Positions 50,533 to 62,084 of a stretch of DNA of 64,000 bases are shown in pieces. Every line of letters starts with the position of its first letter. Within the stretch, counting starts at the first letter, position 1. The notes under the pieces are model-generated. The model did no database searches and was not told the origin of the DNA. It was given only the letters and a program-made list of their open reading frames with translations. The stretch spans positions 744,001 through 808,000 of the forward strand of contig CBFDEM010000018.1 of NCBI GenBank assembly GCA_965603825.1. Direction: 5' to 3'. Made by a program: the position numbers and the translations under genes. This DNA is from Blepharisma stoltei ATCC 30299. Taxonomy: Eukaryota > Protista > Ciliophora.

Positions 50533-51190
50533 TCTTAAAATTCAGTTAATTTTTCAGCAAATTAAAAAAATAAGAGAAGCTAGAAGTTTCCACTAATCCT
50601 ATAATAAGCTTATTATGGAATGTTTCAAAGTGAGTCTAACAGGCATTGCTTTATGCAACTAAGTGTTTGAGGAGATTGGGAAAAATATACGAGCTATAAT
50701 CAAAAAGCACGAGATTTTATTGATAATAAGAGAATTTGACTTCCTTTGAAGTGGTAAATTTAACTAATAAAATAATAATGGAATGCTTGAAATTCTGCAC
50801 TTATACTGATTTATTCTTATCAATTGAAAACTCATTTCCTCTTATTTTCTTCAATTCTTAAATTATCTGATTAATCAGCTGATAAATGAAGATTGCGAAT
50901 AATTTTAGAGTAATAATAAATTATAAATTTTCTTGTTATTATGCCGAAAATTTGACTGGATTTCTTCAACATTTTGTCTTTAATCCATCGATCTGGGTTT
51001 TCTTTTATTGAGCTTAAGAAGAATTTTGATTTAGAACGTAAAAAATCAATAGCTTTTAAATAATGCCAAATGTATATTGCACATATTTATTGTTGAGGAC
51101 TATTGGCATATGATCTAGTAAAGAAGCATCCAAGAGGGTGCGATCTGGATCTTTGACTATTAGAATTATAAAAAATCCAGAAGCGGACAT
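50533..51190 (-). pseudogene. Degenerate duplicated fragment of the TRANK1-like gene
   Basis: 50533-50626 aligns to about 42621-42714 and 50776-51190 to about 42701-43144, same orientation; indels and stops. Confidence 0.85.
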
Positions 51191-51223
51191 GATGGTGATT
51201 TTAATATAATATAGATAGAATAT

Positions 51224-51490
51224 ATGAAAATTACTCTTGAGTCAGGGACAAGTAGACTTAACTTTGATCCTTTTACAATTGAAATTGAGCCAAATTATGA
51301 TGTCGAGTATATTCTATCTTTATTATCAGTTAGATACAACACTCTAGACCCAAAGCGTTTGGCACTTTATCTCAATAACCGTCCTTTGCAAGAAGATTTA
51401 AATGTAATGCGAGTTGGAATTAAAGATAACGACCACCTCATAGTAAAAATAAAGAAAAGCAGCTGTTGCTCATGCTGCCTACTTTTATAG
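51224..51490 (+). CDS. Membrane-anchored ubiquitin-fold protein (MUB/UBL3-like)
   Basis: Beta-grasp pattern LALYLNNRPL..VGIKDNDHLIV; basic stretch + CCSCCLLL CaaX end. Confidence 0.75.
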   Translation: MKITLESGTSRLNFDPFTIEIEPNYDVEYILSLLSVRYNTLDPKRLALYLNNRPLQEDLNVMRVGIKDNDHLIVKIKKSSCCSCCLLL

Positions 51491-51589
51491 TGTCTCAATT
51501 TTTATATTTCAAGAGCAATTATTAGTAAAGACTCATAACTAAAAACCAAACCTAAGATCTTTATATTATTTCTTTCAAATTATAAATTA

Positions 51590-52315
51590 TTATGAGCTCA
51601 ATAAAGAATGTCCAGGGAAATAATAAGTTTTTTCTTTTCCAACCTGGTCAAGCCATACAAGTCCTTCCGAAATTAGTGCATCTACAGCAATCTGAAATCT
51701 TGCTCTTGGTCAATCAGGAAACATAGCATGATTCACAAATCCTGAGTCTCGAGCTCTTTCAATCACAAATTTTTGGTCAATATTTAGCTCCAAAGGTACA
51801 GAAACCAGCATTTTGCAGTCTCCAGTTTCCATGATATTCATCCCATTTCCAAGGACTTTTAAGGTTTCTATAGCTTTATACATATCCTGAATTGTAATTT
51901 GATTTTTTCCACGAAGCTTGTTGACCCATTTAAGACAGTCATTGACTTCTAATAGTCCTCCTGTCCTTTGACGAAGTGCTATACATACCGTGGTGATTTG
52001 GACAGCCAAGTCATAGTAAAACTGGATATCATTGAACATTTCTGCCCAGTACCCTTTGCTTGCTGAGTAATAATTACATATAAGTGGATCAACGCCTATT
52101 TCTCTGCAAAGCCCATAGAATTCTTGTCGAAGTGAAGGGTTTTTGTTGATTTCTACACGATTTTGGGTAAGAAATCTCTCAAGATTTTGCTGAAAACGTT
52201 CTAGCTGCTCTTTTAAGCTGTTTTTAAAGGTGGTGTTGAGTTGGTTTCCTTCTTGCTTAAGTCTTTCCTATATTTTCTTTACCTTAAGCATCTGCTTTTG
52301 CTTAAGCCCTTTCAT
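51590..52315 (-). CDS. SNF8: ESCRT-II subunit Vps22/EAP30 (231 aa); 2 introns
   Basis: NPSLRQEF..IGVDPLISSKGYW, FYYDLAVQI, GGLL, SVPLELNIDQ, EGLVWLD. Confidence 0.92.
52063..52077 (-). other. 15-nt spliceosomal intron (stop-free)
   Basis: gtaattattactcag; removal gives family-typical GVDPLISSKGYW. Confidence 0.78.
52268..52282 (-). other. 15-nt spliceosomal intron
   Basis: gtaaagaaaatatag; in-frame TAG. Confidence 0.87.
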
Positions 52316-52342
52316 AATAAATATATAGTTGAATAAAAAATT

Positions 52343-52972
<630 letters not shown>

Positions 52973-52989
52973 TTAATAAAAATTTAAGT

Positions 52990-53724
52990 ATGGAACAAGA
53001 AGTTCTTTTCAGAGTAATCATTGTAGGAGACACTGGGGTAGGAAAATCATGCCTTTTGCTTAGGTATAGTGAAAATTCTTTTAAAGAACAGCATAGCGTC
53101 ACTATTGGTGTCGAGTTTGGGACTAAATCAATTTCCATCAGCAATCAGCCAGTTAAATTACAAATCTGGGATACAGCAGGGCAAGAAAGCTTTAGAAGTA
53201 TCACAAGGAGCTTTTATAGAAGAGCAGATGGCGTTTTATTGGTCTATGACACAACAGCTAGACATACATTTGAAAATTGTGAGTATTGGCTTGAAGAAAT
53301 AAGAAACAATTCTTCAATTGATGTCGTTGTATTTCTGATAGGAAATCAAGTTGACTTAACAGAGACAGAAGAAAGAGAAGTCACTACTGAAGAAGGCAAA
53401 AAATTTGCAGAAAAGCACGAATTGAGTGGATTTTTGGAAACTTCAGCAAAAAGCGGTTTGAATGTAGAAGAAGCGTTCTCAAAATTCAGCTCAATTTTAT
53501 ATGAGAGATGGAGAGAAAAAACATCGTTTGAGCCGACAATAGTAAAGCCGAAAATAGAACTAAGACCGACAAATACAGTTAAAAAAAGTAATGGGTGTTG
53601 TCATTATATTAGTGATTTTACTTTTCTTAATTATTATAAAGATGAAATGAACAGGAAATCTTGCTTATTCACAGCTATGCCATTCATTTCAAAAATAATG
53701 GGCATGAAAATAGACTGGTCATAG
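52990..53724 (+). CDS. Rab2/4/14-like GTPase; reading frame extends past the CC motif
   Basis: GDTGVGKSCLL, TIGVEFG, WDTAGQESFRSITRSFYR, ETSAK; KKSNGCC followed by 40 more codons to TAG 53724. Confidence 0.85.
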   Translation: MEQEVLFRVIIVGDTGVGKSCLLLRYSENSFKEQHSVTIGVEFGTKSISISNQPVKLQIWDTAGQESFRSITRSFYRRADGVLLVYDTTARHTFENCEYWLEEIRNNSSIDVVVFLIGNQVDLTETEEREVTTEEGKKFAEKHELSGFLETSAKSGLNVEEAFSKFSSILYERWREKTSFEPTIVKPKIELRPTNTVKKSNGCCHYISDFTFLNYYKDEMNRKSCLFTAMPFISKIMGMKIDWS

Positions 53725-54659
53725 TTGTCTGATATCAGGATATTTCCAAATAAGTTTGCTTTATTTTTCATTTTTTGATAAAAACCAGAAAAATTGGAAT
53801 TGGCTTCTTCGGCCAGCTCGAGCAAAGTATGAGGTTTCCAACGCAAAATTGAATCCAAAACAGTTTCTCCATTTGGTGTCAATGTTCATGAGACTTTAAA
53901 TAGCTCATTATTTTTTGTTAGTGGCATATAGTTTTCTATCACTTTTTCATTAAACAGCATCATTTTATTTATGCTCGGAGTGTTCGCATATGTATTAAAA
54001 ATAGTATTTTTAGGCCAAAAATTTTTATCAATGATATCTTCAATTGTAATAATCGCTCTTTTACCGCTTTTAATCCATTGACTTATTGTGAAATTAAAGC
54101 CTCCATTATTTTCAAATAAAAATTCTCCTATTTCTTCTATAATAATATCTCTTAATTCTTCTCTATTCGTACTATTAATCACATTTTCATTGAAATGTGA
54201 AATCTCCAAAATCACTATTTCACTTTGAAAATCCTTTAAAAAATTCGTAATATTTCTTATCACTTCTCTTACAGTAGGTCCTACGACATAATGATGAGTC
54301 ATCCATTCATGTAAATCTGGATCCCAACCTGCTCTTATATCAAAATATCTAATCCCGCCTTTCATTTGCTCATAGAAATTTTTAGTTTGGCATTTTGATC
54401 AATTTTTAATGATAGTTGATGTAGGCTTATACATAAATTCAGCAACTTCTGAGGCTTCTTCAAGCCATGGCGAAGATTCACCTATAAGTGGATGGCTGGT
54501 CAGAAAATAGGACGCACTGTCATGGGTTCCAGGCAAAGTAATTTCTTTTAAAGTCTTGTTTTCTATATAAGGTAAAGAATTTTCTATTCAATTTGAAAAG
54601 AAATCTTGAGAAAGCGAAAAAATCAGGAAAATAAAAAATAAAAAGATACTGAAACTCAT
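53634..54659 (-). CDS. Secreted PI-PLC X-domain protein (PLCXD-like, 341 aa)
   Basis: Signal peptide; ITLPGTHDS, EQMKGGIRYFDIR, EIVILEISH, NILISD. Confidence 0.9.
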
Positions 54660-54678
54660 TTTTATAAGATTTTTAAAT

Positions 54679-55488
54679 TTAACACCAGTTTAATTCTGGT
54701 GGCTTTGTTGAGAATTCAGCAAAGCGTTTATTAGCTGGATTGTCCCATATTGATGTAGATCTCTGTCTCGGCATATTTTCCACATTGTTCAGTGGAAACG
54801 AAGGAGTTTGATTCCCATTTGAAATATCTTCAATTAGTATTTCATCTGATCTTTGAATAGCTTGGGAAAGGCTTTTTCTCTTTTCTGCTCCTGAAAGAAG
54901 CCCTGTTTTGGAATTTTCGGTCCAAAAAGTCCAGGGCTCTTCATTTTCTTTATATGATTTTCTTAATAGTGGGTTAACATTTTTCTTACTTCTATCTTCG
55001 AGTCTGTTTCTGTCAGTAAAATCAATGCTACAAGAAACCTTTGAGGAAGCTACTAGTTTACCTTCTGGTTCATAGCTTTTTCTTTCATTAATTTCTTCAT
55101 TAGAAAATCTGTTATTTTTTACGCTATTTACTACATTTTGAAATGCCTCACACCACTTTTCATATTCTGTACTATTTTCGCAATAAAGTGTATATATTTT
55201 GGAGGTAGTTTCTACTTTAAACGAAAATCTTCAGTCGGATAGTTCAATATTATCTAGATCTCGAACAAAATTAGTGATTTCATTAAGGGAATGATGCTTT
55301 ATTGGAATCGGCTTGGTGCTATTTTTACAATAATAAAACTTACTTGCTGCTATGTCAAGAACGAACCAGCGCTTAGTAAATTTGCTAACAAATCTTATTA
55401 ATGCGCGGTCATTTTTAAGCTTCTTTAGGTATCCTTGGACTAGTTTTGGTGTTTCCTCTGAAGCTGGCTGTTGGTTTTGAAATTCCAT
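54679..55488 (-). CDS. PH-domain protein (269 aa)
   Basis: VQGYLKK, FTKRWFVL, FSFKVET..YTLYC..EYEKWCEAF; continues past TGA 55231 to TAA. Confidence 0.85.
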
Positions 55489-55568
55489 TTTAAAAATATG
55501 ATAAGAAAGATTGTTAAAGTGTCTATACAAGGCAAAAAGTTCTGTAAGTGATTTCTTATAATTATAAT

Positions 55569-55808
55569 ATGGCTGCAAAGCAAGGGTACGGGCCAGATCT
55601 GAAAAAATATCTCAATTTGAATGTGGATATTAAGCTGAATGGAAATCGAAGAGTTTGTGGAGTACTACGAGGATATGACCAACTTATGAATCTCGTATTA
55701 GAAAATGCATATGAAATCGCAGGCCCTATTAAAAGAGAAATCGGCTCAGCTTTTATCCGCGGTAATTCCGTAATAATGTGGGAGTGCATCGATAAAGTAG
55801 TTTCCTAA
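55569..55808 (+). CDS. SNRPG: Small nuclear ribonucleoprotein Sm G
   Basis: PDLKKYL..IKLNGNRRVCGVLRGYDQLMNLVL..IRGNSV. Confidence 0.93.
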   Translation: MAAKQGYGPDLKKYLNLNVDIKLNGNRRVCGVLRGYDQLMNLVLENAYEIAGPIKREIGSAFIRGNSVIMWECIDKVVS

Positions 55809-55888
55809 GTCACAAATAAAATAAAATTCATCTTAAAAATACCTATTTTCTACATGATTTAGACGATTATTTAAATTTGTTGCCAAAA

Positions 55889-57373
55889 ATGGCCTGTAGC
55901 TTTGGCTTTCTCAAATTGTCACCTATATGGACATTGGTAATTTTGTCAACTATCAACATAATTCAGTATGTGGACAGAGGTGCACTCTCTTCTGTGGTTT
56001 CTAAGCTTGAAGATAAAGATGACGATGGTCTTGATTTAAGCTCAATTGAAGCTGGAGCCTTAGGGTCACTTTTTATGCTTGGCTATATGATTTCATCTCC
56101 TTTATTTGCCCACTTCGCACAATATATTCACCCATTGTTCTTGATGGCCATCGGACTTATTGTATGGATGGGAGCTGTGATTATGGCAGGACTGTCCAGA
56201 TCATTCCTTCCACTTGCGATAGCTAGGTCAATCACTGGGGTCGGTGAAGCTTCAGTTGTGTGTTTGGCACCTCCTTATATCATGGATAATGCACCAGCAG
56301 CTAAAAAAACACTGTGGTTAGCTGTATTTTATTCTGGGGTGCCGGTAGGGTATGCATTAGGATTTATATATGGAGCGTTGATTTCTAGTGTTTTTGGAGC
56401 ATGGTGGTGGCCGTTTCTGATTGAAGGAGTTGCGATGGCTCCATTTGTGGTGATAGCAATAATTGCATATAAAGATCCATCTATGATAGTGAAGAAACAT
56501 AATAAATTGATTCCAGATGGAGGCGATGGAGAAAAAATGTCGATGAAGGAACAAATATCTGTTTTGATGAAAACACCAATTTATGTTTTCTTGATTTTAG
56601 GCTATGGGGCGTACGCTTTTACTATGGGAGGACTCTCATATTGGGTAAAATTTATATAGGGACCTGCCTACTTACACGATTTTTATGATTCAAGTGAAAC
56701 AGTCGCTGCTTATTCCTTAGGAGGAATTACTGTAGCTTGTGGGCTGATAGCCACTTTTCTAGGATCCATGTATATGGACAAAAAGTCTCGGCCTTTTACA
56801 CAACAAAAAGAAAGAGGCGAAATCACAGACGATGATTTAAGGGCAGCCAAAACACAGATTGGTTGCAAAATCTTATTTGTGGTGACTACAATTGGAGTTG
56901 CAATTGGGGTAGTTGGCGCTATTATCGCAGTCTATATCTTATTTATGATTACTTTAGCTGGAAGCGAGTTTTTCATTTTCTTAGGAACTGGGCCTGTAGG
57001 GATGGTGCTTATGAGCTGTGTTCCACCTGAGCTTAGAGGTCAAGCAAATGCAGTTGCTATATTTACTATGCACTTATTAGGTGATTTCCCTTCACCATTC
57101 ATTATTGGTGTTCTATTCGATTTAATTGGTGGATATTGGACTATGATTCTCCTCATCGCATGGCTTGGATGGGCTGCTATGATGTGGGGAACATGCTTTA
57201 ACCTTTCGGTAAATTTTATTTAGAGATGGAAAGATGAGCCATTTTGGTTTGCAATTAAAAATACATTTAAGAGAAGTGGCAAAGTCGGAGTTAAGGCAGA
57301 AGATGAGGTTTTGAATTTTAGAGATAGTAAAGATAGCACGAATACTAAAGAAAGCAAAGATTCTAAAATTTAA
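55889..57373 (+). CDS. SPNS1: Spinster-family lysosomal MFS transporter (484 aa); 2 introns
   Basis: NIIQYVDRG, RSITGVGEAS..LAPPYIMD, PVGYALG, HLLGDFPSPFIIG. Confidence 0.9.
56645..56659 (+). other. 15-nt spliceosomal intron
   Basis: gtaaaatttatatag; in-frame TAG. Confidence 0.9.
57209..57223 (+). other. 15-nt spliceosomal intron
   Basis: gtaaattttatttag; in-frame TAG. Confidence 0.82.
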
Positions 57374-57429
57374 TTATAAATCATTTATATATATGATTTC
57401 ACTAATCTTATATTTATACTATAATCTTG

Positions 57430-60400
57430 TTATTTATTTAATCCATGCTTTTTCCTACATGCCTGGACATTCTCTTCATATTCTTCAGGGGTGATGCTTA
57501 AGCTTCTGAAATCCAAGCTTTCAATAAAAGTAGCTGCACTTTGGAATTGCTGGAAAACAAAGCCTTTAAGCCCAATCATCTTGGTATGGTGCCTGAATTT
57601 TGAGATATAGTTTAAATTGGAGTACAGCCTTTGTGGCTTCGCTTTTAATACGACATAAATTATAATAGGCAAAGAGTCATCAGTGCCTACCCCGCCACTT
57701 CCAGAAGACATGAGTCCTAATACATTAACTATAATTGACATACAGCCTGCTAAACAATTAAGCTTATCTGAAGGAGCTCTGTAGGTGTCTATAGCTTCTA
57801 AGGCTTCTATCGCGAATTTCCACATGTCTTCATTTCTATTGGCTGGCTCTATATCCATATGTGCTGGCTTCACTCAGTCAAGCTCAAGAGTGCGGTTATA
57901 GAGGTTGGTGTCTTCTATAGAAGCCTTGCTAGGGAAGATATGGTTATACATATTGGAAGTTATGTGTTTCTCAATTTCGTCAACAGTGATTTCAGCGACT
58001 TCTTCACTGTTTCCTTCTTCTATAAGCACGTTTTTGACGAGGTTAATATAGTCGAAAAAGGCACCACCAACGTTGTAAGGGTCATCTTCTTTTTCTGTAG
58101 ACTGGACTACTTGGTCTAGTTTCATGAATTTTTGATAAAACTCTTCAATAGACAACACATGAGTTTCCTCATTCGCCTGAGTCTTTAACTTCCTATTGTT
58201 TCCTAGCACAAAATCTCCAACTGCTGACAACTTAGAATGTGGGCACACAGACTGATGAAATACTTGCGTCGTATAATTTCCTCCGTCCTTAAGTGTCAGT
58301 AAACATGCAGGAATTACACCTTTTCTTATAAACGACAAAAAATATTTTTTCCTCTTCAGTGATTCTTGGACTTTTACTTCTTGTTTCATATCATTTACAT
58401 GTTTTTCCATAAAATTTATAGCTAAAAGTAGCAGCTTTTTATTTTTGTTGGCAATTTTTCTCCTGACTTGGAATCTTTCTTCGCATTCTTTTAGAAGAGT
58501 CGTAAAAAGCTTGCGAAAGTTATGGGATTTATATTCGTCTGGGACACATTTGAGGTAGGTGGCGAGAAATTGGGCTAAAAGCTTTAAGGGAACACCTTCT
58601 TGAGCAGCTGTTTTTTTATTTTCGAAGAGATAAGAAAACTGGATGACATATTCAGAAATGTCTTTAAGGGATCATTCTTTACTGAGATCAAAGAAAATGG
58701 ACAAATCTAAGCATACTAGCAAATTTCTTGTTGCCTCCATAACTTTTGTTAAGAGTTTTATACCTTCAAAATCAGAATCTTTCGGGAAATTTGTGATGGA
58801 TTTGTGAAGGTTAGCGACATAGCTGTTTTCCAAATCATTTTCGCCAAAATTTCGTTTGATAAAAAATAAATAAGGATTTTCATCATAATGCAAGCCAATT
58901 TCACTGACATATACATATTGGATTAATGCATCTGTTTCGTCAGCGTTTCTTATTGTTTTTGCGTATCTTAATAAGTCAGTTCATCCTCTTGATACTACCT
59001 CATCTTCATTTTCTTTGACAATTTTTGCTAAAAATTTAATATTTTCTAAAGCTAAAACAACAGTCGTGACCTTAAACTCTTTCATTTCGTTCATGCTTTC
59101 TATCTGCTTTTTCGTTTTAGAATTAAAATTAAATGGAGACACCAAAGGTCTAGACAATCGGTTTTTGTAGTAATTGAACATGGTTTGATCTCCATTGGAA
59201 TTTGATATAAATGATGCTGTTGGAGAAGGTTTTCCTGGCTTTTTTCTTCCAGAAAAGCTCCCATCATCGAGAGTTAAGATTTCTCGAAAGAAATCTTTCA
59301 TATGAATTGATTCTTCAGCTATAAAATTGTTAATAGTTTCGTATTGAGGCTCATCAAATCTGCTTTCCTTGAAAATGTGCTTGAAAATAGTTCCTATCAG
59401 TTTTAAGTGATGAAGAGTGGTAGAATGAATTATAACGTTTTGAAGTAAACCATTTTTTATAGGATCAAAAATAGCTGGGATCCACCAAAATGTAAAAAGC
59501 ATGTTCCCTAACAATGAAAACTTATCAGCCTCACTTACGCCTGGAACTAATACATCTATTAAATCGATCATTTTTTTGCATATCCCTCTAAGCCCATAAG
59601 GCATAGTTCTTACATTTTTATAAAGTGCTTGTAGAAGCTGCTTACACTGGCCTATAATAACTTGGCTTCTCCCTTCAATCAATTCTTTGACTTGGATATT
59701 TTGCAATGCTTCTTCATCAGTTACTTCTACAACAACAGGGCTTGCATCTTTTTGCTCAACTTTTACTTTCTTTTTTGACCCAAAAAGCGATTTTTTCTTC
59801 GGAGGTGATGGCTCTTCTCTTTGGAAGCTTTTTAGCCGTTCAGTCTCAATTTTATATATAAGCTTTGGGTCCAGTTTTAAGTCTTTAATCCTTTCTTGAT
59901 CATGAATAATTTCTCTTAAAGGCTTTTTAAACACTAATTTCATATATTTCAATTGGTTTTTTCTTTTCATATAAAGGATCAGCATTTTTCGTAGCAATAG
60001 GTTTTCGTTTAAAAGATTTGAGACGTGGCCACTGCTGCTGAGTTCGGTGAGTTCTTCTTTGATGAGTCTATGAATTGCGTTTAAGAGCTCAAGCTCAGTG
60101 TTTTCTGGATGGACCAAGTCTAAGAAAAAGGAGTAGCTGAAGCTTTCTACTAATGAGTCAATGTTATCTTTTCTTTGACGGCACATAGAGCACACATAGG
60201 CGAATATATCAGGGTTATTTCTGATCTGAGTAACAAAGGCTTCGACGTAGTGATAATGGTCACCTAGAAATGCATGTGCGTCTGGGATTAAATGCTTCTT
60301 TTCGTTGGCCTGAATGGAAATTACGTTTTCGTGAAATTCTCTGACTTTTAATTGGTGCTCATAATACCCTCGGTGGAGGTCTTCAAGTTTTGAGAGCAGC

Positions 60401-60519
60401 TCTTTCTTTTCTATTTCGTCTGGCTATGCTTTACCATGGGACAGGCGCAGCTTTTCGTATTTTAAGCATTTCTGAAGGTAAGTTCAATCTTCAAAGGTTA
60501 CTTTTCCTTCACTATCCAT
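57430..60519 (-). CDS. GAPVD1: RasGAP + VPS9 domain protein (GAPVD1/RME-6-like, 1024 aa); 1 intron
   Basis: RasGAP-like MPYGLRGICK..LGNMLF..WIPAIFDP; VPS9 APSDKLNC..GTDDSLPIIIYVVLKAKP.RLYSNLNYI. Confidence 0.85.
60420..60434 (-). other. 15-nt spliceosomal intron
   Basis: gtaaagcatagccag; removes in-frame TAG. Confidence 0.85.
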
Positions 60520-60699
60520 ATTATAAAGAGCTTATCAAAAGGATTATTTAAATATTATTTTTAATAGGATTATAAATCACTTTTAATTTATTGCTATAAA
60601 GAAAAAATTAATTTATATATTCTACTTACAATATTAAATTCAATGAATTAAAAAGTATCTTTATCACTTTTAAAAGTTGGAAGGACTTCTTTTGAGAAA

Positions 60700-61372
60700 T
60701 TATTACTTCAAAATTTGTCCCCAACCATTTTAAATAACGACTAAATAATAATTTTCTATCATTTTCTGTTGTTTGAATGCCAATTCTATAAAGATAATTT
60801 CTTAAATCATTATGATATTTTCTCCATCCCACCAATATAAGCTGGATTAAATTTGTCCATAATATTTCCTTCAGCAAGTGAGCTTAATTCAGCTTTTTTT
60901 CTTCAAATTTTTTTCAGAATAGAAATAGCTCCACTATTTTTCCTCAAACAGTCTACTGAAAAGTATCAATCTTTTTCTTTTGTCATAAATAGAAAATCTT
61001 CATTATTCCGATTAATTCTGATTTTAAAGTTTCCATACTTAATTTTACTGCAAGACCTTGACTCCAAATCTTCTAAACAAAATTCATAAATCACCGACTG
61101 ATGGATTGATATCCAAATATTTTAAAAACTCCTCAAAATCTGAGATTGATAGTTCCCCTTGGCCATTTTTATCAATAAGATTAAAAAATTATCAGCAGAA
61201 AAACTTTAGCCATAGCAAGATTTTGCCGAAAATGCTCTATTCTTCTTTCACAAGTAAAAGTTGAAGGTTTCAATTAGTGACAATTAGTGACAATCGCACC
61301 GGAATCTTTTCAAAAGAAAAAAAGTTACTTTTGAAGTACTAGAAGGTGAATCTTAATAGCTTGAACTTTCCA
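60700..61372 (-). pseudogene. Degenerate EF-hand protein
   Basis: Pieces in different frames: ERRIEHFRQNLA, FNLIDKNGQGELSISDFEEFLKYL..LFRRF, DLRNYL..DRKLLFSRY; stops and frameshifts. Confidence 0.6.
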
Positions 61373-62084
61373 TAGCATTTACACCTGTTCCTCAAGAGGG
61401 AAGTCTCAGAAAACAAATAATTAAATTTGTCTTTTAAAATTCCTTAGAAATGAACTCTTGAAGAGAAGAAATGATTCTCTCTCCAATGGTCTTTTCTAAT
61501 CCTATAAGGTTTAGATTTCTAAAGAAAAAATTTTACATTGAAAAGAGTTTTAAGAAATTATAGAATATGATACTAAATAGTGGCCGGCGTAAGTAGACAG
61601 CTCTCTCTTACTCAAAATAACTGCAGAATGAGAAGATTTGAAACTTCTTTTTCAATTGAAATTTTAGGAAACGAGCTTTTAGGATCTTCACATTTTTTTT
61701 AGAGAGCACAATAAAGAATCTTAATTTTTGGAAAGATCTTGGGAAAAGATGATATTTTAGATAAAAGGTAAACCATTTTAATATATGCAACTTTTCATAT
61801 TAAATTAATGGCCAAAAATCCTAAATGCTCTGAAAGAAGCTAATTTATTTTAGAAAAGGCTGGGCTATAATATTTACTTCAGAATTGCTTATACTATTTT
61901 GTCCATGCAACATACAGAATGCCTAAAATGTAAAATATCATATTGAGCAGGAATAAAAATTCTTCCATTTCTACTTCTTATCGCTTTTAAATCTCAAATT
62001 TTCTTTAGCTCTTCTTCATCTGATTTCTTAATTTTCAAATTCAAATAAAGCTTCTCAACGTTGTCTATCTTTGTAAAATTTTTA

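Noticed and set aside
59506-59513. CCCTAACA telomere-like unit
   Set aside because: Single copy inside coding sequence; no tandem tract
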